From IMG/VR virus record IMGVR_UViG_3300036836_000008: a DNA stretch of 64,000 nucleotides. The stretch is one strand, 5' to 3'. The position numbers were made by a program, and so were the translations under genes. Every line of letters begins with the position of its first letter. Positions within the stretch are counted from its first letter, which is position 1. Shown here piece by piece: positions 46,774 to 55,313 of the stretch. This stretch comes from an uncultured virus (IMG/VR IMGVR_UViG_3300036836_000008). Lineage: Duplodnaviria; Heunggongvirae; Uroviricota; Caudoviricetes. The notes below the pieces were generated by a model. The model had not been told where the DNA came from. It searched no databases and saw only the letters and a list, made by a program, of their open reading frames with translations.

Positions 46774-47559
46774 TCAACCTTTCAATACTGATTCTAGTGC
46801 GGCTCTCACCGCTAGTTGTGGTCTGGCAGTAGATATAGCACTCCATGCAGCTAAGATTTTCATAGCTGCTGGCCTTTTACCGAACACCTCTAAATACTCT
46901 GGCTTAAACAACTTCCAACTCTGAGATGCTGACTCCTCCAGTGCTACTAATATCATTCTAGCAGAATTTTCATCTATTGCCTTGCAAGCTTGACAAAAAA
47001 GTTCATAATCTCCGCTAGCCGCAGCTTGAAGTATTGTAATAGCACTAGCCTTGGCTGCTACATCGTTGTAGGCGTTCATTGCTAAATCTACTCTGCCGAA
47101 GGTGGAAAACCTTTTAGCATCTTCGGCAGGTAATCCTTTATTGAGAAGAATTTGCTCTAACTCATTTGTTTTTAGCAAGCCTACACGGTATTTATGGCCT
47201 CTGGTCAGTATGGTAGCCGGTAGCTTACTTGAGCTAATTAGCGTAAATCTGGCATAGCTTGGAGGCTCTTCCAGAGTCTTCAGCAGATCATTGATTGCAG
47301 CAGTAGATGATCCATCCAAATCTATGAGTGCATATTTCAATGTCTGCATAGGACTGACACTCATGAACTGCTTAACCCTAGTAGCTTCAGCAACTGTAAG
47401 ATTACTAACTTCAGTAAAGTCTACTCGCGCTACATTATGAACCATTGCAGCATAGATGCCGACCATACGCTTACCTACAGACGGAGGCCCGGTAATGATA
47501 GAAACAGGGGGTAACTGTGAGCTTAATGCTCCAATTACCCCCTCGTGTCCTACAAGCAC
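46774..47559 (-). CDS. clamp loader delta' (HolB-like) subunit
   Basis: LVGHE, GPPSVGK, A.N.LLKTLEEPP, L..TI.TR. Confidence 0.8.
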   Translation of the reverse strand: MLVGHEGVIGALSSQLPPVSIITGPPSVGKRMVGIYAAMVHNVARVDFTEVSNLTVAEATRVKQFMSVSPMQTLKYALIDLDGSSTAAINDLLKTLEEPPSYARFTLISSSKLPATILTRGHKYRVGLLKTNELEQILLNKGLPAEDAKRFSTFGRVDLAMNAYNDVAAKASAITILQAAASGDYELFCQACKAIDENSARMILVALEESASQSWKLFKPEYLEVFGKRPAAMKILAAWSAISTARPQLAVRAALESVLKG

Positions 47560-48174
47560 TTATAAACTCCTAAAGGCTTTCATTTGCGTTGGGATTAGTA
47601 TATGTTGGTCCTGGCTGGGTAATCTGTTCAGCATCATTAGGAATATCTCTAGATGCCCAATCCTCAGCCTGTTCGATAGGTTGCTTACGAGGACGGCCGC
47701 GCCTCTTAGGTTCAGGCATCTCTTCGATAGCATTGTACTCTGCATCAAGAGTTCGTAGCAAGGTCTTACCGACAACAATGTTTGAAGTTCCATCGGTAGA
47801 TGTCAACCTATACCCATTCTTAACCTTATAACCTAAAGGCGTAGCTAAAGGCTCATCTGATCTCACTTCCTCTACAACACGGAATTTAGTTCCTGAGAAC
47901 AGAGAATCCATACGAGCCTTTCTAGTTTCGTGCCACTTATCTGCTTGTGCCATAATCCACCTCTTTCTTAGTAGCTTCTGCTACATAGAAGAAATCGGTA
48001 GAATAACTCTTCCGAGTGTGCTTTGCTTCTTTGTGGAACGCAGCTCCTGAATATGATAGAAGATACCATGAGCTAACATTCGATACTGCTGCTCATAAGC
48101 ATCGTGGCGAGCAGCAGCTTCACAATACCCTACATACATCTTAACTTCTAAATCAATTTGCTCATCTAGAGACA

Positions 48175-48747
48175 TCATGCTTCCAGCTTTCTAGCCATGA
48201 CAACTTTACAAGTTTTCAACCACTTAAGAGCGCTCTCATCTGTTTTAACAGAATCAAGTAACTTTAAGCAACTATCTAGTGTACTGGCAACATCTCCATC
48301 AAGCTGCCTGATGTCCCAATCAGAGCTTATTCCTGAGCAATAGGTTTTTAAAGCCTCAGCTAGGGCTAGAGTGTCAGGAGGCTCTTCCCCTGACACAGCA
48401 GTAGCTTCTGCCCAACGCTCTTTAATACTCTTAGGCTTGTAACCTGAGTCCTCCAGTAACCTGAAGGCAGCATTATCCCAGGAGCAATCCCACTTTGCAG
48501 CCGCTAAAGCCACAGGCCCGTAACGTTTACTGCATGAGAAACAGTACACTGTATTAGATTGTAAGTATACTCTCATCGCCTTGGAAAGTCCACCGTCTGA
48601 GTGGTAGAAGCCGAAGGGGCAATGCACCTTTCTGCTCCCACCACCTTTGACGTTGGTAGGTACATATATTCCAAGAGTTGTTAAAACGTCAGTTATACTA
48701 ATTTTTTCATTAGCTAAGTCGATCCATGATCTATTCTGACGCAACAA
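48175..48747 (-). CDS. CHC2 zinc-finger (primase Zn-binding domain) protein lacking TOPRIM
   Basis: CPF..H.D....YCFSC. Confidence 0.7.
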   Translation of the reverse strand: MLRQNRSWIDLANEKISITDVLTTLGIYVPTNVKGGGSRKVHCPFGFYHSDGGLSKAMRVYLQSNTVYCFSCSKRYGPVALAAAKWDCSWDNAAFRLLEDSGYKPKSIKERWAEATAVSGEEPPDTLALAEALKTYCSGISSDWDIRQLDGDVASTLDSCLKLLDSVKTDESALKWLKTCKVVMARKLEA

Positions 48748-48757
48748 TTTATTTTCC

Positions 48758-48988
48758 TCAGCTTACCTCAGCACCAACTGCACGGCGAGTAAGTAGATCT
48801 CGGGTATCTATAGCAATCATAAATCCTTGAGAATCCAAATCTTCTGCAAGTTTAGTGTAATGGTGCCCGCAAAAATCTAATTCTAGTTCTCCATTATTAA
48901 CCCTTACGTATGCCTGGGCTCCGCAACGGTCACAACGATCTGTACTAACTAATGTTTCCATATCTATAGCCCCTTTCAGGCGGCACAT
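48758..48988 (-). CDS. small actinobacterial Zn-ribbon protein
   Basis: DRCDRCGAQAYVRV...L.FCGHH. Confidence 0.7.
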   Translation of the reverse strand: MCRLKGAIDMETLVSTDRCDRCGAQAYVRVNNGELELDFCGHHYTKLAEDLDSQGFMIAIDTRDLLTRRAVGAEVS

Positions 48989-49010
48989 GTACTATCGATA
49001 TTATCGGGTA

Positions 49011-50492
49011 CTACATCATTCCAAACATACCTGAGCCGCTGTTCAGAAGCATATTATCCATGTTGTTCTCAATTCTGCGCTCAGCAGACCAGTAACTTGT
49101 AGCATAATCCACCATAAGATCGATACCCATAGACTTCTCACCGTCACGGTTCTTGACTACCTGAGCTTTGATCTGAGCGTAGCGAGATTCATTTTCTTTA
49201 GGCTCTAGTAGAGTAATTACTACATCAGAAGTTGATGTGGCTTCTGCGGTCTCAGCTAGCGCTGAAGAGTTGTAATACCCCACCTGCTGAGCCTCTTTCC
49301 AGGAGTCACGAGATGTCTGCCATGGAGATACGATAGGAATTCCCCTACCATCATCGAAGGTAGTAGCCATCTGCTTACCTTCTTGAATAGTTGCTGCAAG
49401 CTCCTCTCGACGTGAGGTAAATCTGCGGTCAGGCTTCAATAGAGCTAGATAATCTATGATTCCTAAGTCTACTTGAAATTCACGCTGGTAACGTAATAGT
49501 TTGCCTTCACACGTAGCGATAGTTGCACCACGAGGAACCTGTACGATAATCAGCTTACCGTAATTAGGATTCTTAGTAAAATCATCGATAACGGCAGGAA
49601 GTGCTCGCAACTCTTCAGGAGTCATCAAACCACTGTCACGACCAGCCTTAAGGTGTCGAGAATTAATACCAGACTCAAGACCGAATTCTGCTAGCATAGA
49701 ATGACGACAAATCAACTTACGCCTAACCTGCGGACGTAGAGTTTCAGAAGTCAGAATAACAACATTCTTGCCTTGCTGAATAGCTGCTGACCAAGCTAAC
49801 TGAATAGTCGCAAGAGTGGTTTTACCAGAAGATGAATAACCTACAATAAGATCAAGCTCACCTGGCTGAAGACCATTAACCTTGGCATCAAGATCTGGAA
49901 TACCAAATTTGATACCACCTTGACCTCTAGGCTCATTGAATTCTGCTAAAATTTCATCACCTTCCATTCGAGCATCACCTTCTGGTGACTCTTGCATAGA
50001 AAGTTCACGATCAATCTCAGCAAATCTCTCAAGAACATGCAGACGAGCATCTTTATGGCCTAGCAGATCCTCATTCTTTTTGCCTTTAGCTCCACGAGTA
50101 AGAATCTCCATACCCGTAGTAATAGCTTCTGCTGTTTTCTTCTCTGCTGCAATTTCTTTAAGCTGATCCATGCTCCACTTGAAATCTGAGGGTTCTACCT
50201 CAGACTTAGCGAGTGCATCATACATTTCCAGATACAAAGCTACTTTGGCTGTATCAAGTTTTCTCTTGACCAACATCTCTTCGAGAGTAGCACGAGGAAT
50301 TACAGTACCATAACCTTCAAAGTACCTATCTAAAATCAGATAAAGATTTTTGTAATGCAGGTCTGGGAAATGAACTTCAGTCAACTGAGAAGTCAACCTA
50401 CTTAGCAGATCTTCTCGGTCCCTCTTTGGCTTGCTATTAGATAGTACAGCTCCTAAAACTACCTTGCTGTGATCTAATGCGCTACGAGCCAT
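49011..50492 (-). CDS. dnaB: DnaB-like replicative helicase
   Basis: GLQPGEL..GYSSSGKT, IIDYL, Q.SR, KNRDG. Confidence 0.9.
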   Translation of the reverse strand: MARSALDHSKVVLGAVLSNSKPKRDREDLLSRLTSQLTEVHFPDLHYKNLYLILDRYFEGYGTVIPRATLEEMLVKRKLDTAKVALYLEMYDALAKSEVEPSDFKWSMDQLKEIAAEKKTAEAITTGMEILTRGAKGKKNEDLLGHKDARLHVLERFAEIDRELSMQESPEGDARMEGDEILAEFNEPRGQGGIKFGIPDLDAKVNGLQPGELDLIVGYSSSGKTTLATIQLAWSAAIQQGKNVVILTSETLRPQVRRKLICRHSMLAEFGLESGINSRHLKAGRDSGLMTPEELRALPAVIDDFTKNPNYGKLIIVQVPRGATIATCEGKLLRYQREFQVDLGIIDYLALLKPDRRFTSRREELAATIQEGKQMATTFDDGRGIPIVSPWQTSRDSWKEAQQVGYYNSSALAETAEATSTSDVVITLLEPKENESRYAQIKAQVVKNRDGEKSMGIDLMVDYATSYWSAERRIENNMDNMLLNSGSGMFGMM

Positions 50493-50759
50493 TAATTATC
50501 CTTTCTAACAAAAGCCAATACTTCATCCCAAGCGTTATATACCCACATCTTAGATTCCGGGTACCCCGCGTGTACGACTACCTTGTAAGGATCATACGCT
50601 ACAGTTGCCTTGACTACAAGCCCTGCGCCAGCAATCGTATCACCTTCAACTAGATCGATGGCTGAGGTTTGTCTCCACTCGCGGTTTATACTGCCACCTA
50701 CTTCAATACGAGGCTTATTAAATGCTGGAACGCTCTTTTTACTTTTAAGTCTGCCCATA

Positions 50760-51194
50760 TCAATCTCCTGTAGATCCGAATCCGTTATCGCCACGAACAG
50801 CTTCATCCAGATCAGCTACCTCGAAGAACTCTCCGGTGCAAACCTCCTGGAATACTAGCTGTGCGATACGATCACCCTTTTCAACCTCTATTGTTAATTG
50901 ACCAAGGTTAATAACATTAACTAGAATTTCTCCGCGATATCCTGAATCAATTGTCCCTGGAGCATTGGTTACAGTTAAACCTTGCTTCCAGGCTAATCCA
51001 GAACGAGGATGAATCAATCCTACATAGCCTTCTGGGATAGCGATAGCAATTCCTGTAGGAATCAGAACTCGCCTTCCTGGTGTAATTAAATAACTCTCTA
51101 CTGCATAAAGATCTGCCCCAGCATCTCCTGGGTGAGCATATGTAGGAATAATGGCATCCGGGTGAAGCCTATTAATATTTATAGGAACTAACAT
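50760..51194 (-). CDS. dut: dUTPase
   Basis: AGADL, PRSGLA, GTIDSGYRGE, RIAQ, RG..GFGSTG. Confidence 0.95.
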   Translation of the reverse strand: MLVPININRLHPDAIIPTYAHPGDAGADLYAVESYLITPGRRVLIPTGIAIAIPEGYVGLIHPRSGLAWKQGLTVTNAPGTIDSGYRGEILVNVINLGQLTIEVEKGDRIAQLVFQEVCTGEFFEVADLDEAVRGDNGFGSTGD

Positions 51195-51929
51195 TTAACC
51201 TCTCTCCTGAGCAACACTATACATTGCTTGCTGTACGGTGTTTACTGCCTGAACATGTAGCTGAGAAACCTTAGCTTCGGGTATTCCCAACTCTTCAGCT
51301 ACCTTGCGAATATCTAGTCTACCATAATAGCACAATGCAATTACTACTTGCTGGTCTGGAGGAAGAATCTTGAAAGTAGATACAAAGGTATCCATGATCT
51401 CGTTTACAAAAACATTAGATTCTGTGTCGATATCATCTTGCACTTGATCTCCCCAGAAATCCATATCTCCGTCAGCGCTAGCAATAGGTGCATCTAAACT
51501 TACTCTTTTAATACCTAGCCTAGCATTAACCTTATTTATGTCAGCAACAGAAAAGCCGGTTCTCTCGGAGAGAATTTCTACAGGTAGTCCTTCGTCTTGA
51601 CCTGCTTCCTTTAGCTTTTTTGCCTTAGTACGTAAGGTTCTTGATGCTCCTTTTTCACGATCTTCATTCCTAAGATGGTCTCGAATCGTTCCTCGGATAC
51701 GCAACCTAGCGAACACTTTAAAGAACTGTACTGCGCCAGGATCATAATTCTTCTTGGCGCAGTACCCTTCCCACCTATTTGCGGCATCGACAAGTCCAAA
51801 ATAAGCTAGACTGAGCATTTCTTGTTTATCAAGAGCGTGTGTAGCTGTAAGCCATTCTGATCTTCCGATCTGCTCTGCTAAATACATATGGTCAGCAATT
51901 AATTGCTCTACTTGCATACTATCCTCCAA
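51195..51929 (-). CDS. RNA polymerase sigma factor (FliA/WhiG-like)
   Basis: GL.DAA, FA..RIRG.I.D.LR, VSLDAP, region 4 HTH VA..LGI.E..VSQLH. Confidence 0.85.
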   Translation of the reverse strand: MEDSMQVEQLIADHMYLAEQIGRSEWLTATHALDKQEMLSLAYFGLVDAANRWEGYCAKKNYDPGAVQFFKVFARLRIRGTIRDHLRNEDREKGASRTLRTKAKKLKEAGQDEGLPVEILSERTGFSVADINKVNARLGIKRVSLDAPIASADGDMDFWGDQVQDDIDTESNVFVNEIMDTFVSTFKILPPDQQVVIALCYYGRLDIRKVAEELGIPEAKVSQLHVQAVNTVQQAMYSVAQERG

Positions 51930-53520
51930 TCATAGAAAGCATTTCTAGTGGGGATAGCGCATCAAACAATTCACTCTTGGAATCCCAAACATAATCAATA
52001 AGAGCTTGCTCACGTTGCAATGCTGGTAAGTACTTTTCTTCTTGTGTCCCCACAGTCAAAAGATTGTGTACGAATACAGTACTGAATCGTGACCCATCTC
52101 GCCTGATGCGACCAGCAAGCTGTTCCATACGTGATGGATTCATAATCATATCTACATTAATCAAGTGTCTTGCAACCTGAAGATTCAAGGACTGCTCGAT
52201 AGAGTTTGTTCCGATCAAAACTCTACAGTTAGGATTATTCCAGAATTCTTGCTGATTAGAAAACTTCTCTGCGTTACTCTTATTTTCTCCCCAAATAGTG
52301 GTGTAACCTACTCCCGCTCGATCTAATCTAGCCATGAGAGCACGAACACCATTCTTAAATCTAATGAAAACAACTACCTTCTCATCAGACAGGTCTCCAT
52401 CAACAAGCTTTTCCTCCACCCAATCTAATTTAATAGAAGTCTGAGGATTGTCAGGTTCTCCGATGGTAGCTAAACCGCCACAAATCTGAGCGCCATAATT
52501 GAAGATAGAAATAGCTGTTGCTCGTTTAACTTCTTCACCGTGCTCACGAATAATGCGTAGAACACCCTGGCGAAGTTCTTTATACTTGGCTATTTGAGCA
52601 GGGTACGGCTCAAGAAACACATTAGCAGGAGTAATCGCAGGTAGATCCACATCATCAATATCATCTGCGGTTCGGCGCAGAGACAGGTGTGCAATCTTTT
52701 CCTTGAATTCTCCTAGATTCCTGTAGCCCACTACTTGATTTTTTACTGCAATATTCCCTGAGGCCGTAGCCATTTCTACTCTCTGTTTGTCGAGATATCT
52801 ACGCTCAAAACTGATAGGAGAACCTAGAATCTCTCGACCACCCAGGATCAATAGAATATTATACAGATCTTGCAAACGCTTCTGTAGCGGTGTACCTGTA
52901 AGCACGTAAACTCTTGGAGAGAAGCGAGAGATCCTCTTGAGGGCATAAGCTGTGGCGGTATCTCCATTACGGAGCGGATCTACGTCATCAACAAATACAG
53001 CTCGATAATTAAAACACAAGTCGAGTTGTTCAAGATCGTTGATGATGATTGGGGCTCCCATAATACAGACATCCCAATCTGCTGACTCATATTTAGCGAT
53101 GCGCTTATCTTTAGCGCCAGCAGCTACGATGATTTTCAAATCTGGTAGAAGACGTTGAAGCTGTGCTTTCCACTGATCTACCGCAGAAGGTCTGCAAATA
53201 ACTAGAGCTTTATCGTCTTCAAGTTCTCCAGCCTCTTTCATTGCTGCAATAGTTCCAGCAGCTTGAATAGTCTTACCTGTACCTACACTATCTGCTAGCA
53301 ATCCTTTTTCTGCTAGAAAGAGCCATGCTACTCCGACTCTCTGATGCTTACGGAAAACGATCCCGCACTGTTGACATGCAGGATCGATCTCAGAATGATT
53401 AGCACAAGGAGAGCTGTTGAAGTATTTTAACTCAGGAAGTTTTATATCCTTTACATTTCTGACCTTCTCTGCAAGGGCTGCCTTTTTCTTAGGTGGCAAC
53501 TTTTGCACTTCAAACAGCAC
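51919..53520 (-). CDS. SNF2-family helicase
   Basis: LLADSVGTGKT, LTGTPLQ, SLNLQ, NP..MEQ..GRI.R. Confidence 0.9.
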   Translation of the reverse strand: MLFEVQKLPPKKKAALAEKVRNVKDIKLPELKYFNSSPCANHSEIDPACQQCGIVFRKHQRVGVAWLFLAEKGLLADSVGTGKTIQAAGTIAAMKEAGELEDDKALVICRPSAVDQWKAQLQRLLPDLKIIVAAGAKDKRIAKYESADWDVCIMGAPIIINDLEQLDLCFNYRAVFVDDVDPLRNGDTATAYALKRISRFSPRVYVLTGTPLQKRLQDLYNILLILGGREILGSPISFERRYLDKQRVEMATASGNIAVKNQVVGYRNLGEFKEKIAHLSLRRTADDIDDVDLPAITPANVFLEPYPAQIAKYKELRQGVLRIIREHGEEVKRATAISIFNYGAQICGGLATIGEPDNPQTSIKLDWVEEKLVDGDLSDEKVVVFIRFKNGVRALMARLDRAGVGYTTIWGENKSNAEKFSNQQEFWNNPNCRVLIGTNSIEQSLNLQVARHLINVDMIMNPSRMEQLAGRIRRDGSRFSTVFVHNLLTVGTQEEKYLPALQREQALIDYVWDSKSELFDALSPLEMLSMIGG

Positions 53521-53564
53521 AATTACTCCTTAGGTGTTTTACGTTTCTTTTTTGAAGACATAGA

Positions 53565-53687
53565 ACGAGCCGACTCCGCAACCTGAACAGCATACATGGG
53601 ATCACGCCCAAATGCGTCTATCGCCTCAGCTACTAGTGTAGCATACTTGGCGGTGTCCAGGGTAGTAGCTCTGCGGAGTCGGCTCGT
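53565..53687. ncRNA. structured element bounded by 16-bp perfect inverted repeat
   Basis: ACGAGCCGACTCCGCA...TGCGGAGTCGGCTCGT with nested hairpins. Confidence 0.45.
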
Positions 53688-53697
53688 CACTTCTGTA

Positions 53698-54042
53698 TTA
53701 CCTGTTTGCTGTTGAATTGTCTGCTCCTGGTACTAGCTTAGGCTTTGCTTCGCTCTGAGTATTGTCAATACTCTTCAGCAAGTCCTGACCGATAGATGCA
53801 CCGGAACCTAGAAGAACACCTAGTGCAGCCTGAGTCCAAAGACTCATCTGATCAAGACTTACATTAGCAACTTCTACGGCTGATGCAAAGTCTACATGTG
53901 CAGCTAGCCACACAACGACTACACCAGAAACCCAAGCAAGAAGCTGAGTAAGTACGGCATTCATATCTCTTCCGCGCAAGTTTCGTACAAAGTCCACAGC
54001 CTTCTTAACAAAGGCACCTAGGACTAGTAGTTCTGGACCCAT
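53698..54042 (-). CDS. putative holin
   Basis: 2-3 TM segments, G..LG.GA....DLL, at end of tail module. Confidence 0.55.
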   Translation of the reverse strand: MGPELLVLGAFVKKAVDFVRNLRGRDMNAVLTQLLAWVSGVVVVWLAAHVDFASAVEVANVSLDQMSLWTQAALGVLLGSGASIGQDLLKSIDNTQSEAKPKLVPGADNSTANR

Positions 54043-54099
54043 CTTATTCCTCCTATAGTAAAACGTTTTACTACTCTAATTGTAGATCATTTTCACTCA

Positions 54100-55215
54100 T
54101 TACGCAACTTTAGTAATACGAAGAATTGAATTCTCTCGCATTGTTGCGGCTGTAGCGTTAGCTGTTACCTGTGCCCATTTCATTTGTAACTGTCCTGCGG
54201 TTCCACCTGTAGTAATACACATTTCATCTCTGATGTGCTGATACGCAGTAGAGTTGTGCGTACCGTACGGATATTCAGTGGTAATACCTGTAGCAGCAAT
54301 AACCAAAGTAGTATCATTGCTGTTGGTTCCTGTTGAAGGCATACCGGACAACCACCTAGTACCTGTAGTACCTGCTGGGTAATTCCATCCAACTTTAACA
54401 TCAGACGGGCCTGCGTATACCATAATAAGCTCTACAAGATAACTACTGTTAGCATCTAAATCATAATTGAAATCAGTCTCTACAGCCATTACGGTAGTGT
54501 TAGTTCTGGTGCTTGCCGCAGTTTTTCTCAATACTATAGGTACATTTATTCCATCACCTTCTAGTATGCCAGTAATGACTGCTCCACCAACAATTTGCAA
54601 ATCTCCAGTAACATTTCCTCCGACATTGAAGTCACCAGATACGTTAAGATCGGTTGTAGCAACAGTTCCGGTAACGCTTAAATCATTTGCCATAGCAACG
54701 CTACCAACAATGCTTAACTGATTAGCCGCCGGTCGATATAGCCTTGTCTCTGGAGAAATGGTTCCGTCTCCCCAACGAATACCATCATGATCGATCTGTA
54801 AGCGATGAAAAGATTCACCGCTTTGAGCATACTTAGCTAACGGTGCTGTAGTAATGTTGTTAACGATAACGTCAAGAATAGCTGAAGGAGTAATAGTACC
54901 AATACCAATTCTGACAGCATCTCCTAGTAAGAGATTGCTCAAGAATGTAGTACCTGCTGTCAATAACTGAGTCCATGCTGCCGCAGTTGCATGCCAGAAT
55001 GAAGCTTTGCCAGAATCGGTGTTGTACCTAGCCATACCATCGTACACGGTTGATGGAGGCAAAGCTTCCGTTGCCGGAACAAAGCCAATAGAGGAATCTA
55101 GTTTTTCTAGATTATCATTAAGATCTGTAGCGACATTAATAGGCTCTGTACCATCATCGTCAGGCATGTAGAATCCGACACGTGGTGTGCTAGATGCCAT
55201 AAGTATTACCTCCAA
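54100..55215 (-). CDS. minor tail/fibre protein
   Basis: LN.NL.KLD, IGIGT.TP, V.GDL.V repeats; C-terminal domain paralogous to 59885-60706. Confidence 0.7.
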   Translation of the reverse strand: MEVILMASSTPRVGFYMPDDDGTEPINVATDLNDNLEKLDSSIGFVPATEALPPSTVYDGMARYNTDSGKASFWHATAAAWTQLLTAGTTFLSNLLLGDAVRIGIGTITPSAILDVIVNNITTAPLAKYAQSGESFHRLQIDHDGIRWGDGTISPETRLYRPAANQLSIVGSVAMANDLSVTGTVATTDLNVSGDFNVGGNVTGDLQIVGGAVITGILEGDGINVPIVLRKTAASTRTNTTVMAVETDFNYDLDANSSYLVELIMVYAGPSDVKVGWNYPAGTTGTRWLSGMPSTGTNSNDTTLVIAATGITTEYPYGTHNSTAYQHIRDEMCITTGGTAGQLQMKWAQVTANATAATMRENSILRITKVA

Positions 55216-55267
55216 GGTTTCTGAAATCTCTTTGATTACATCGGTAGTGAAGTGTAGGCTCCTGTGA

Positions 55268-55291
55268 GGGACACATACTTACCTACACTTC
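55268..55291 (+). repeat. dispersed 24-bp motif copy 4
   Basis: GGGACACATACTTACCTACACTTC (1 mismatch), with inverted half-copy at 55249-55258. Confidence 0.85.
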
Positions 55292-55313
55292 AACTCACTC
55301 CATAGACTGCTGC

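Noticed and set aside
30014..51194. dcd, dut, dNMP kinase, MazG and deaminase as a modified-base pathway
   Set aside because: Ordinary nucleotide-pool enzymes; no base-modification enzymes recognised in the window
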